A stretch of DNA of 64,000 bases from a virus: the IMG/VR virus record IMGVR_UViG_3300045988_183866. One strand, 5' to 3'. This document shows positions 20,074 to 29,797 of the stretch, in pieces. The number at the start of each line of letters is the position of its first letter. Position 1 is the stretch's first letter. Both the position numbers and the translations under genes were made by a program. Below the pieces are notes generated by a model. That model was not told where the DNA came from and made no database searches. It worked only from the letters and a program-made list of their open reading frames with translations.

Positions 20074-23000
20074 ATGCAGAAACCTCGTAAGCGGTTTTTG
20101 AGTGCGATTGTCGCCGTAGCAATGTGCCTGTCTCAGTTTGCTCCTGTCACTGCTTATGCAGTGGAGAGCGCGAGTGGAATCACGCAGAGTGAAGAAGCTC
20201 CGAAGGAAACTGATGCGCTCAGCACTACGACAACAAACTCCGACTCTTCCGCTACTACTCCCGCGCCGAAAAGCGATGTTACCGACACAGCAAGTTCCGC
20301 GTCCAGCGACACTTCTGTGACGAGCGATGTTTCTTCTGAGGCTACAAGTCAGGCGGGGTCTGAAACGACCACTGCCTACGCAAACAGTGCTGCCTCTGAT
20401 ACTGGTGCAAGCACCAGCACTTCCAGCGAAGCTTCTACCACTGGCAGCATCAGTGAAGCAGCACAGGCATTTATCGATGCGGCTAACGCCCTTGTAAGCC
20501 GTAAAGATGAAATTCTGACTGCTGCAAACAACTTCGGTCTTGCAAGCAAGGCATGGCAGGCTGACAAGGAAAACGCGGTTCTTGATGCGATGGTCACGCG
20601 TCGCACTGAGGAACTGGATGCAGTTTATGACTGGGAGCCCATTGAAGACATGTATTATTCTCTGAGCGAGGATGAGCAGGTCGCCGAGCCCGTCATGAAT
20701 GCATACCTTGACATGTCTGACCTGTATCTGCAGGTTTGCGACCGTCAGGAAAACCCCGTAGACAACAGCGGTGCCAGCGCGTTTGATGGCGGCGGTTCTA
20801 CGACTGTCATCGGGGACTATCAGGCAATCACCGCTGCTGAGACTGGTAAGCAGATTGCCGCAGGCACTGGTATTCAGTATACCAAGATTAGCGGTCAGGA
20901 GAATGTTATTCGCATTCTGCCTCAGACTGTTACCTACACCTACGGTGACTCCTTCAAGTCTAAGGGTCTGACCATCGAATACAGCACTGCTGATTCCCGT
21001 ACTCCTCAGGAAGTCCAGAAGGATATTCAGGCAGCTATCGACGGTCTGAGCTTCATCATGTACGCTCCTGCTGATGGTGACGGCCAGAATCCTACAGACA
21101 TTCATTGCAATCACGGTACTTATCCGACTTATGTTGATACGGGTGCCACAAGCGTTACTGTGAATGGTCTAAATTACACCATCATTGACGGTTCCAACTT
21201 GGATTCTTCCAAGAACATCCGCAATGACACGGGCGTGACTATCAACAAGCGTCAGATTTTCATTGTCCCTCATACCACTTATGTTACGAAGGGCAATACC
21301 ATCAGCCAGATTAACTACACCGTTATGGATACCAATGGTGGTCTGGTTGACGGCGACCTGCTTCCTGCGGATGTTCTGACCACAGAGAACTTTGATAAGG
21401 ACACTACCGGTTCTTACAAAATCATCTTAGGTTCCTCTGCGAAGAGCAACACGAACTACAACGTCGACATCCAGCCTAACACCGGCGATGTGTATGTTGT
21501 CGTTTCCGAAAAGACTCTGACCCTGACTCCCGTATTTGTCTTTAAGGGCAATGATGGCGTACAGACGACTGGCAGCAAAGCCACTCGTCAGTATGGTCAG
21601 CAGAACCCTCAGGTTGACTTCGTGATTACCGGCTGGTCTGATACTGATAAGACGAATTTCGAGTATAAGACCAATAATGAACACAAGTCCAATGCGGTTG
21701 CTCTGAAAGAAATGCTTGGTCTGAGCGGTGAACCCACCGTTGTTCTGCCCAGCATCACCTCTGCTCCCGGTGGCTATACTGTTACAATCGGCAATATCCA
21801 GACGAATGCGCCTATCAATGGTTATAACATCAACCTTGCTACCGCAACGTTTGAAATTACCAAGCGTAATGTAACCATCACCAACAATCAAATTGATGCC
21901 ATCTATGGTGAGGCTGAAAAGGGCAAGAATTCCACCATCACCTTGGACGCTGTTGCTTATAACGGTGCTGCTCAGGCAGTATCTTCTGAAGCACGTATTG
22001 TTACCGGTAAAGACATCACCGCCGATGACGGTGTGAATAAACTGGTCAGCATGGTTCTGACAACTCAGCGTCAGGATATTGACAACAAGAATGTTGGCGA
22101 ATATCCGATGACCGTTGAAGTTCCTCCTGCATGTACTGCTTACTATGACGTCAAGGTCATCAACAGCAAGTACATCATCCATCCTGCAATGCTGACTGTC
22201 ACTCTCGATGACCTGTCTGCAATGTATGGTGCTGCTCGTTCCGGCAAGATTAAATCCATCGAAGGTTTCAAGCTGAACGATACACAGGCAAGCATCGGCT
22301 TGACCGAGGACAAGCTTGGCTTTACTATGGTAGATGCGGCTGGCAACAGCGGCATTCCTACAACTGCCAATGTCGGCGAGTACAATGTTACCGCAAGCGT
22401 TATGGGCGCTTCTCAGGAGCGTTGGTCTCCTGATTGGGACATGAAAGCCGATGGTAAGGACTATGACCGTTTCGACAACTACCTCGTTCGCTTCGTTGAC
22501 AGCAAGCTGACCATCACCAAGCGTCCTATCGCCATCAATGTGATGGGTGGTCAGACGAAGGTTTACGGCGACAGTGATGCCAAGGGCGGCGTTGCCTTTA
22601 CTCTTGACCCCGTCAATGGCAAGGGTGGCCGTGTTGGTTCCGACTTTGCTGGCTGCGTTGTGACTCGTGAGGTCGGCGAGACTGTTGGCTCTTACGCTTA
22701 CAGCGATGCTCAGTTCCAGACTGCTGAAATCGCCAAGAACTACGACATCACCTTCAATGCTCCCGATAAGTACACTATCACCAAGCGTACTCTGACCATC
22801 ACCGTTCCGAACCGTGAGCGTCTGTATGGCGCAGAGAATCCCAGCGATGCCGACATTACCGGCGCACTGGAATACAAGAACTTCGCAAGCAACGATGAAA
22901 TTGGCATCCATGATACTGTCGCTTCTCTGGGCGGCACTGTCACCATCAAGTATGGCGTTGATAATACCGTTGGTAAGCTGACTGGTGTCGGTACCTATCC

Positions 23001-26000
23001 TATTGTTGTTTCCGGTTACACCAACCCCAACTACAACATCGTTTATACCGGTACTTACAGCGATGGTACAAGCGGTACGCTGACTATCAATGCACTGCCT
23101 GTCACCATCAAGGGTACTACCAACAGCGTCCGTAAGTACGGCGTTGCCGGTAAGAACACCCCCAGCTATGCGCTGTATGACGAGACCGGTTCTCAGGCTA
23201 TCAATGTGGTTGACCCGCAGGGCAGCCCGCTGAACATCCACATCGACCTGACCAAGTGGGAAGACCCCACCACGGTTGTTGGTAACTATGAGGCTACCAT
23301 CTCCTATGATGAGAACCCCAACTACATCGTAACGATTGCTCCGCAGGCTACGTTCCAAGTCACCGAGGCTGATGTCTCTGTCACCTTCAACGCACTGCAG
23401 ACTACTTACGGTGAGAAGAAGCCCGATACCATCGCCAAGGAAGTTTCCGTCAATGTGAATACCTCCGACGGCACTCAGATTTACCATGATGGCGAAACCG
23501 TCAACATCAAGATGGACGGCAAGGATGTTTCTCTGGGCGTTGTTCGTATCGCCGTTGAGGCTACTGCGAACGCTTCTGGTTTGTACGATGCAGGTTCTTA
23601 CAACCTGACCTTCCGTCTGGATAACCAGCCCGCAAACAGCGTTAAGCTGTCTGAGCCCGATGGCAAGAACATGCTGATTGTTCATCAGATGCCCCTGACC
23701 ATCACTCCTCGCTATGGCCTGTCCAAGACTTACGGCGAGACTGACCCCAGCTTTGCAGTCAACGATACTTATGTCATCTTCGACTACAACACCACCAGCT
23801 TCGCAGAGCCCAAGGCCGACTTCGCACAGGCTCGTCTGAGCCGTGAAGCAGGCGAGAACGCTGGCACTTATCCGATTTACAGCGGTAACATCTATGAGCA
23901 GACGATGGCAAAGAACTATCGTATCAGCTTCACCAATGATGTTCGCTTCACCATCAATAAGCGTACTGCCGTTATCAACCTGCTCGAAACCGAAAAGACC
24001 TATGGTGAGACCCTCACTTCTATGAACGTGAAGGATTACATCAAGGGCGGCACTGGTCTGCTGACTACTACTGATGTTCAGGCAGCAGAAGCCGAAAAGA
24101 TTCTTAAGGGCATTACCCTGACTTCCGGTGCAACTTCTGCTTCCGCAAGCGTTGGCACTTATGCTCTGAAAGCTATCTACGCACAGCCTGCCAACTACGA
24201 CCTGACGGTGATTGATTCTACCATCACCATCACTCCTCGTCCCATCACCCTGACTTTCTCCAACTACGAGAAGGATTACGGCGATGCAGACCCCGCATTC
24301 TCTTACAGCGAGATTTCCGGCAACATTTCCAACGATGGTCTGAAGAAGAATACGCTGGAACTGACTACTGGTGCTCTGAGCGGCTCTGTTACTCGCAAAG
24401 CCGGTGAGGATGTCGGTGAATACCCCATCAGCTCTACTCTGTACAACAAGTACGGCAACTACGCAATCACCATCGTGACTGGCTCCGGCACTTCCGTCGA
24501 CGTTGGTTCTTCCACCACTGAGCCCGAGGCTCTGGAAGTTGCTACTCTGACCATCAAGCCCGTTAAGGTCACCTTTACCGTGGCTGGCGGTTACTCCATG
24601 ATTTATGGCGGCACCGTTCCCACGTTCAGCTACACCGTTACTGGCTTGAAGAACAATGACACCGTTGCTTCCGCATTCACTGGCTCGGTTGTCTACAACA
24701 TCAAGAATGCTGACGGTTCTCTGTCCGAGATTCCTGCTCGTCCTGCTGCTGGCGATTATGTCATCACCATGAGTGGTCTGGAAAACAAGGGCGCAAAGAA
24801 CTATGACCCCATCGTCTTTGTTGATGGTTCTCTGCATGTCGATAAGCGCGATGTAATCGTGGTTGTTGACGAAGGCCAGAAGAAGGTCTACGGCGAGGCT
24901 GACCCCGAACTGACTTGGACTGCAACTGGCGACGGCGCTTACTATGTAAGCGAAGATGCAGGTGACCTTGCAAACCTGAAGGTTGTTCGTCCTGACGCTG
25001 GCACCGATGCTGGTGAGGATGTCGGCAAGCACCCGATGATTATCGAGGGCGATGATGTCAACTTCAACATCACCCGCGTAAACAACACCTTCGAAATCAC
25101 TCCTGCTACGCTGAATGTTACTCTGGCTCCCCAGAGCAAGATTTACGGCGATGAGAACCCTGTTCTCTCCGGCGACGACCTGATTTTCGATGGATTCGTT
25201 GTGAAACCCGTCAAGGGCAACACTACTCCTGATGACGCTGGTGTTCTGAGCATTGCAAACCTGACCTTCAACTTTACCGATGCTGAGGGAGCTCCCGCAA
25301 CGGTAGCTTCTCACGCTGGTACCGGCAAGGTCGTTCCTGCAAATGTTGAGAATGCCGCAGCAAACAACTACACCTTTGTTTACGCTCCCGTTGATTTTGT
25401 TATCGACAAGCGTCCCATCACTGTCACTGCTAAACCCCAGACTTCTATCTATGGCGACGATGTTGCTGTTGAAGATTGGTCTGATTACGGCACCGTGAAC
25501 GTTCTGGAATACACTGGTGACACTGCCAAGGCAGCTCTGGTCAATGGTGATATTCTGGAAGGCACGAACCTGTGCCTCGTCACTTCTGCAAGCCATGTCG
25601 GAGGCTATGACATTGTTCCTTCCTTCTCCGGTCTGGCTCACCGCGTCGGTCAGGCTTCTTATCAGGATTATCTGGTAACTGCTATGAACGGCACTTACAC
25701 GGTCACTCAGCGTCCTCTGACTTGGACCATCGGCACTGTTGGTTCTGTCTACGGCAATGAAATGGCCGAACTGAGCAATACCCTTACCTATACTGGTGAT
25801 GCCGATAAGAAGACCATCGTTAATGGCGATGACCTGAAAGCTATTATCAGCATCACTCAGAAGGATGTTGAGAACGCGGTTGCCGAAAAGATTTCCATGA
25901 AGTCTGCTGATGGTGCTGCTTCTCTGGTTGCGGAGAGCGTGCCCGAATCTGTCAAGAATTACGGTGCATACGACATGGTCGGTTCTTACGACAATGATGA

Positions 26001-28017
26001 TTACCTGATTACGATTGTTAATGGCGTTTATACCATTGGCGAGCGTCTGGTCGAAGTCACTGTCACCGAGCCCAAGGATATCGTCTATGGCGATACCACT
26101 AACCCCGACTTTACCGTAAATGCTGTTGCCACCAATGGCGATGGTACGCACGGTGCAGCTGTCAAACCTGATTCTCTGGGCCTGAAGATGGCACTTGTTT
26201 ATACTCCTTTCGAGAACGACAAGACCACCGACAATGCACAGACTGCTCCCTTGACTGCTGATGCAAAGGCGACTCTGACTCCTGATATCGCCAGCGGCGA
26301 TGACGGCGTGGAGAGCGACAGCCAGTTCAAGACCGAGAATGTCAAGAACGCTGGTACTTACACCTACACCGTTACCTCTGATTACGATGCTGCTGTTGAG
26401 CAGAATTACGCAGTAACAATCAATGTCGTCGATGCTGATAAGAACGAAGCCGATGGTCAGTTCGTTATCGCTCGCAAAGACCTGACGGTTACTCTCGACC
26501 CGAACCCCGTCGTCAAGCTGTATGGCACCAAGACGGAGATTCCCGAAATCAAGACCAGCGGTTACGCTTTCGACGAGACTGCTGAAACCGTTAAGCTGCC
26601 TTCCTTCGAACTCATTGTTGCTTCCAGCATCGATGGTATCTTCGGTAATGTTGGCTTGACGAAGGACGCTTTCAAGTATGTTGGCGGCGCTTACGACAAC
26701 TACAATTACCTGCCGACCACAGGAGACATCGAAGTTCAGCGTCTGCATCTTGCCGATGTAGAACCTGCAACTATCGTTGGTACTGTGGCTGACGAAAAGA
26801 CCGGTAAGCCTGTTGAGGTTACCAAGAAGACGACTGATGACCTGAGTGGCCTGTACTTCAACTCTAAGGTTGAAGTTATCGCTCCTAAGGGTTACGCAAT
26901 CGGAACCAGCGATTCCCTGACCGATGCTGAGTGGGCCGAGAAGATGGTCATTTCCGCTAATAGTGAGAAGGTTACTTCTACCTATTACCTGATTGACCTG
27001 AAGACAGGTGCCATTACCGAGATGGGAACTATCACCACATCTGTTGATACCGAAGCTCCTGTCGTTGCTTCTGCTTTCGCTGCCGATAAGGTTGATTCCA
27101 CCAATAAGACCGATTTGCTGAACGAGAAGTTCGTCAAGTTCGAGAGCACCATCAATGTGTTCATTACTGGTGAAGAGACCGGCAAGGCACCTGAGAAGGA
27201 AGACGACAAGAAGGACGATACCGATAAGAAGGAAGATTCCGACAAGAAGGATGAAACCGAATCCGGTACCGAGGAGAAAGTTCCCAGCGAGTCCGAGAAG
27301 ACCGAAACAACCGATGACAAGACCGAAGCCACTACGCTTCGTATTGCTCATGGTAAGCCCGCTCTCTTCACAACCGGCGACGAGACCGGTGATGAAAACG
27401 GTAACGATGTCGTTGCTACTCCCGACGAAAACGGTGGCAAGGATGATACCGAAGACCCCGACTTCGTGCCTGTTGTAAAGGTCAAGGATTCCGTTCCTGC
27501 TATCTCCGCTCTGGATGGCGAGTACAACTCCGGTGTCGCTAAGATTCAGTATTACAAGGTCAATGGTTCTGCTATTGCCAAGAGTGCTGAGGGCGATTAC
27601 ACCTTCGACGAAACCAAGTTCGAGACTGTCAATGTTACAAACATTGATAAGGACAACGGTTACGTTACCTTCAAGCTGAGCCCCGATTGGACTGGTTACA
27701 TTGTGACCCGTACAGTCGATAAGGCAGGCAACTACGGTGATGTTCGGGTAGCAAGTGTTAAGCTGGAGAATCCTCCGGAAGAAAGCAGACCGACTCCGAC
27801 TCCTGTAGTCAAGAATGAACCTGTTCCCACTCCGGCACCTGTTGTAGTCAACTACAAGACTGGCGTTGGTTTTGGCGCAGACATCATCGTTCCTGTTATC
27901 GTTGTTGTTGCTCTGATTGGCGTTGGCGCATTTGTCATCGTTAAGAAGAAGAAGGGCGATAGCGAAGATAAAGCTGCTGAAAAGACCGAGGATAAAACCG
28001 AGGAAAAGAAGCAGTAA
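20074..28017 (+). CDS. Giant cell-surface adhesin 2 (2647 aa). It has a signal peptide, a Ser/Thr-rich N-terminal region and at least 12 MBG/YDG-like KxYGxxDP modules. An acidic K/D/E region and a Pro/Thr stalk precede NYKTG, a TM helix and a Lys-rich tail.
   Basis: The RBS aggagg sits 7 nt before the ATG at 20074 (MQKPRKRFLSAIVAVAMCLSQFAPVTAYA|VESASG). The in-frame ATG at 20011 is a less likely start because it has no RBS. Motifs include RQYGQQNPQVDFVITGW, KVYGDSDAKGG, RLYGAENPSDADITG, KTYGETDPSFAV, KDYGDADPAFSYSEISG, KVYGEADPELTWTATG, KIYGDENPVLSGDD. The C-terminus is ..VVNYKTGVGFGADIIVPVIVVVALIGVGAFVIVKKKKGDSEDK.. Confidence 0.9.
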   Translation: MQKPRKRFLSAIVAVAMCLSQFAPVTAYAVESASGITQSEEAPKETDALSTTTTNSDSSATTPAPKSDVTDTASSASSDTSVTSDVSSEATSQAGSETTTAYANSAASDTGASTSTSSEASTTGSISEAAQAFIDAANALVSRKDEILTAANNFGLASKAWQADKENAVLDAMVTRRTEELDAVYDWEPIEDMYYSLSEDEQVAEPVMNAYLDMSDLYLQVCDRQENPVDNSGASAFDGGGSTTVIGDYQAITAAETGKQIAAGTGIQYTKISGQENVIRILPQTVTYTYGDSFKSKGLTIEYSTADSRTPQEVQKDIQAAIDGLSFIMYAPADGDGQNPTDIHCNHGTYPTYVDTGATSVTVNGLNYTIIDGSNLDSSKNIRNDTGVTINKRQIFIVPHTTYVTKGNTISQINYTVMDTNGGLVDGDLLPADVLTTENFDKDTTGSYKIILGSSAKSNTNYNVDIQPNTGDVYVVVSEKTLTLTPVFVFKGNDGVQTTGSKATRQYGQQNPQVDFVITGWSDTDKTNFEYKTNNEHKSNAVALKEMLGLSGEPTVVLPSITSAPGGYTVTIGNIQTNAPINGYNINLATATFEITKRNVTITNNQIDAIYGEAEKGKNSTITLDAVAYNGAAQAVSSEARIVTGKDITADDGVNKLVSMVLTTQRQDIDNKNVGEYPMTVEVPPACTAYYDVKVINSKYIIHPAMLTVTLDDLSAMYGAARSGKIKSIEGFKLNDTQASIGLTEDKLGFTMVDAAGNSGIPTTANVGEYNVTASVMGASQERWSPDWDMKADGKDYDRFDNYLVRFVDSKLTITKRPIAINVMGGQTKVYGDSDAKGGVAFTLDPVNGKGGRVGSDFAGCVVTREVGETVGSYAYSDAQFQTAEIAKNYDITFNAPDKYTITKRTLTITVPNRERLYGAENPSDADITGALEYKNFASNDEIGIHDTVASLGGTVTIKYGVDNTVGKLTGVGTYPIVVSGYTNPNYNIVYTGTYSDGTSGTLTINALPVTIKGTTNSVRKYGVAGKNTPSYALYDETGSQAINVVDPQGSPLNIHIDLTKWEDPTTVVGNYEATISYDENPNYIVTIAPQATFQVTEADVSVTFNALQTTYGEKKPDTIAKEVSVNVNTSDGTQIYHDGETVNIKMDGKDVSLGVVRIAVEATANASGLYDAGSYNLTFRLDNQPANSVKLSEPDGKNMLIVHQMPLTITPRYGLSKTYGETDPSFAVNDTYVIFDYNTTSFAEPKADFAQARLSREAGENAGTYPIYSGNIYEQTMAKNYRISFTNDVRFTINKRTAVINLLETEKTYGETLTSMNVKDYIKGGTGLLTTTDVQAAEAEKILKGITLTSGATSASASVGTYALKAIYAQPANYDLTVIDSTITITPRPITLTFSNYEKDYGDADPAFSYSEISGNISNDGLKKNTLELTTGALSGSVTRKAGEDVGEYPISSTLYNKYGNYAITIVTGSGTSVDVGSSTTEPEALEVATLTIKPVKVTFTVAGGYSMIYGGTVPTFSYTVTGLKNNDTVASAFTGSVVYNIKNADGSLSEIPARPAAGDYVITMSGLENKGAKNYDPIVFVDGSLHVDKRDVIVVVDEGQKKVYGEADPELTWTATGDGAYYVSEDAGDLANLKVVRPDAGTDAGEDVGKHPMIIEGDDVNFNITRVNNTFEITPATLNVTLAPQSKIYGDENPVLSGDDLIFDGFVVKPVKGNTTPDDAGVLSIANLTFNFTDAEGAPATVASHAGTGKVVPANVENAAANNYTFVYAPVDFVIDKRPITVTAKPQTSIYGDDVAVEDWSDYGTVNVLEYTGDTAKAALVNGDILEGTNLCLVTSASHVGGYDIVPSFSGLAHRVGQASYQDYLVTAMNGTYTVTQRPLTWTIGTVGSVYGNEMAELSNTLTYTGDADKKTIVNGDDLKAIISITQKDVENAVAEKISMKSADGAASLVAESVPESVKNYGAYDMVGSYDNDDYLITIVNGVYTIGERLVEVTVTEPKDIVYGDTTNPDFTVNAVATNGDGTHGAAVKPDSLGLKMALVYTPFENDKTTDNAQTAPLTADAKATLTPDIASGDDGVESDSQFKTENVKNAGTYTYTVTSDYDAAVEQNYAVTINVVDADKNEADGQFVIARKDLTVTLDPNPVVKLYGTKTEIPEIKTSGYAFDETAETVKLPSFELIVASSIDGIFGNVGLTKDAFKYVGGAYDNYNYLPTTGDIEVQRLHLADVEPATIVGTVADEKTGKPVEVTKKTTDDLSGLYFNSKVEVIAPKGYAIGTSDSLTDAEWAEKMVISANSEKVTSTYYLIDLKTGAITEMGTITTSVDTEAPVVASAFAADKVDSTNKTDLLNEKFVKFESTINVFITGEETGKAPEKEDDKKDDTDKKEDSDKKDETESGTEEKVPSESEKTETTDDKTEATTLRIAHGKPALFTTGDETGDENGNDVVATPDENGGKDDTEDPDFVPVVKVKDSVPAISALDGEYNSGVAKIQYYKVNGSAIAKSAEGDYTFDETKFETVNVTNIDKDNGYVTFKLSPDWTGYIVTRTVDKAGNYGDVRVASVKLENPPEESRPTPTPVVKNEPVPTPAPVVVNYKTGVGFGADIIVPVIVVVALIGVGAFVIVKKKKGDSEDKAAEKTEDKTEEKKQ

Positions 28018-28057
28018 CCAACTGAAATAATCTCTACTCCGCGTAAGAGATAACATA

Positions 28058-28096
28058 TAGCGCTCCGCAGGTAAATCTGTGGGGCGCTATTCTTTG
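28058..28096 (+). terminator. Putative intrinsic terminator after adhesin gene 2
   Basis: Hairpin tagcgctccgcag-gtaaatc-tgtggggcgcta followed by ttctttg. Confidence 0.5.
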
Positions 28097-28130
28097 TTGA
28101 CTATTTATGCTTTTGGTGGTATAATATAAG
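28097..28130 (+). promoter_or_regulatory. Sigma-A type promoter with extended -10 (TTGACT-N14-TtGGTATAATATA), family 1 copy
   Basis: One of 6 near-identical copies of the TGTGGTATAATATA family. Confidence 0.65.
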
Positions 28131-28193
28131 CATAGTGCATGAAGCTTGTTTATGCACATCAAACAAACACACATGAAAAAGGAGAAGTTACTC

Positions 28194-28853
28194 ATGCAGA
28201 AGGTTAACAAGAGTTCTGTAAAGAAGGGTGCTGCGCTGTGTCTCGCTATGGCAATGGCCTGCACTGCATTTGTTGGTTGTGGCAAGAAGGATGATGCTGC
28301 CAGTGCAAGCGGCGCGACCAGTGAGTCCGCAGTTGAGGTTCTGGATAACAGCAAGCTGACTGAGATGCCCGATGGTGTTTCTCTGAGTGAGGACCAGATG
28401 AAGACCACCATGAACGCTTATGCCGCTTATATGACCGAGGCTCTGGCAAGCGATGGCTATACCGTCACCGTTCGCTATGACGAGGATGGCAGCGTTCATT
28501 TCGACGGTACCAAGACCGCTGATGACGGTTCTACTGTTGAGGTTCCTGACCTGTCCAAGTTCGACAATCTGAGCGCCGCGTTCGCATATCTGTACAACTG
28601 TGGTCAGGCTGATGCCGAGGGCAATCTGCTGGTGGCTACCTCCGTGCCTGCTGAGGAAGCGGCCGCATCCGAGGCTGAGAGCACTGCTGAATCTGAAGCT
28701 GCTGACAGTGAGGCTTCTGACAGCGAGGCTGAAAGCGCCGAGACTGATGGCGATGCCGCCGAATCCACTGAGGAGGCTTCCTCTGAGGATACTGCCGAGG
28801 CTGATTCTGCTGCTGAGTCCGAGGCCCCTGCTGACGAAACCGCAGTAGGCTAA
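28194..28853 (+). CDS. Lipoprotein with an acidic low-complexity C-terminal tail
   Basis: The RBS aaaaggaga precedes the ATG at 28194. The signal MQKVNKSSVKKGAALCLAMAMACTAFVGC carries a lipobox, and the C-terminus is a run of AESEAADSEASDSEAE repeats. Confidence 0.7.
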   Translation: MQKVNKSSVKKGAALCLAMAMACTAFVGCGKKDDAASASGATSESAVEVLDNSKLTEMPDGVSLSEDQMKTTMNAYAAYMTEALASDGYTVTVRYDEDGSVHFDGTKTADDGSTVEVPDLSKFDNLSAAFAYLYNCGQADAEGNLLVATSVPAEEAAASEAESTAESEAADSEASDSEAESAETDGDAAESTEEASSEDTAEADSAAESEAPADETAVG

Positions 28854-29004
28854 AAGACGCCTTGTGAGGCTGGCACATAAACTCGATTATTTTCTCAAAG
28901 TGTGATGCAGGATGTATAGACCTGCGGTTGGCGAGCAACGATAAAACCAGTCATCAGGAAAGCAGAACAGTGTTTAGGCACTGAATGTGGACCTCAAATC
29001 TTCA

Positions 29005-29040
29005 GATAGCCGCTCAGAAATGGGTGGCTATCTTTTTTTG
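29005..29040 (+). terminator. Rho-independent terminator
   Basis: Hairpin agatagccgctc-agaaat-gggtggctatct followed by T7. Confidence 0.8.
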
Positions 29041-29051
29041 TATTATACAAG

Positions 29052-29083
29052 TTGACCATTAAGGCAAAATGTGGTATAATATA
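29052..29083 (+). promoter_or_regulatory. Promoter TTGACC-N12-TGTGGTATAATATA, family 1 copy
   Basis: Conserved extended -10 element 13 nt upstream of the RBS gaggagg. Confidence 0.65.
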
Positions 29084-29096
29084 GAAAAGAGGAGGA

Positions 29097-29657
29097 ATGA
29101 AAATGCCGATTATTCTTTATTTAGGATTGACTTTACATCTTTGTACGAAGGGGCTTGGCTTCTTACACTTCATTGCTAATCTGCTGACTACCGTAACACT
29201 TCTTTTTATTTTTGTTTGTGTTATGAAAATGTCCTATAAGGCATATAAGAAGGGAGCTTCTCCGCTCATTTTCGCCTATGGTACCTATGGCGTGTATCCG
29301 CTGGTATACGGTGTAGGCTCTATCATTCAGTGTGTTCCGTCTTGGCTTTGGGTATGGTATTTTATGAACCATGTTGAGTTGGGAACTGGATTTACAATGT
29401 TCCAGTTCGATTCCATTGCTTACACTCTTGCATTGTCTGCTTATTGCTGGTTCTTCTACAAGAAACTGGCAAAAGCGTTTGATAAGGATGAAGCATTTGC
29501 CAAGAAGCTGTTTTTTGCCTATCCGTTAGCATTAAAGGAACTTGCGTTTGGCGATAGTGAATATGTACTCAAATGTCGTTGTGAGCCCACACCTAAGTAC
29601 ATTCCGAAAGAGGAACGAGTAAACACGACTGTCAACGAAGACGTCGATGAAGATTGA
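29097..29657 (+). CDS. Hypothetical polytopic membrane protein
   Basis: Several hydrophobic helices, for example LLTTVTLLFIFVCV and YGVYPLVYGVGSIIQCVPSWLWVWYF. The RBS gaggagg is present. Confidence 0.6.
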   Translation: MKMPIILYLGLTLHLCTKGLGFLHFIANLLTTVTLLFIFVCVMKMSYKAYKKGASPLIFAYGTYGVYPLVYGVGSIIQCVPSWLWVWYFMNHVELGTGFTMFQFDSIAYTLALSAYCWFFYKKLAKAFDKDEAFAKKLFFAYPLALKELAFGDSEYVLKCRCEPTPKYIPKEERVNTTVNEDVDED

Positions 29658-29671
29658 TATGTGATGGGGAT

Positions 29672-29704
29672 GCCGAGCGGTGATAAGCCGCTCGGCTTTT
29701 TTCT
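29672..29704 (+). terminator. Rho-independent terminator
   Basis: Hairpin gccgagcgg-tgataa-gccgctcggc followed by T6. Confidence 0.8.
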
Positions 29705-29733
29705 TTGCTATTTGCTGCAAAGTAGATACAATA
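29704..29733 (+). promoter_or_regulatory. Promoter of the conserved-spacer family (copy b): tTTGCT-aTTTGCTGCAAAGTAGA-TACAAT
   Basis: Conserved motif TTGCTGCAAAGTAGATACAAT about 65 nt upstream of the lipoprotein gene at 29798. Confidence 0.5.
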
Positions 29734-29797
29734 AAAGGAGAATTCGAAAGGAGGCGGCGTACAGGCAGACAAGCTGCTAAGACGCCAAAAAAAAGCT

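Noticed and set aside
19975-28056. Minus-strand ORFs 19975-21114 and 21427-28056 (2209 aa) antisense to adhesin gene 2
   Set aside because: Same reasoning: antisense shadow of the + strand CDS, which has a signal peptide, an RBS and conserved modules.
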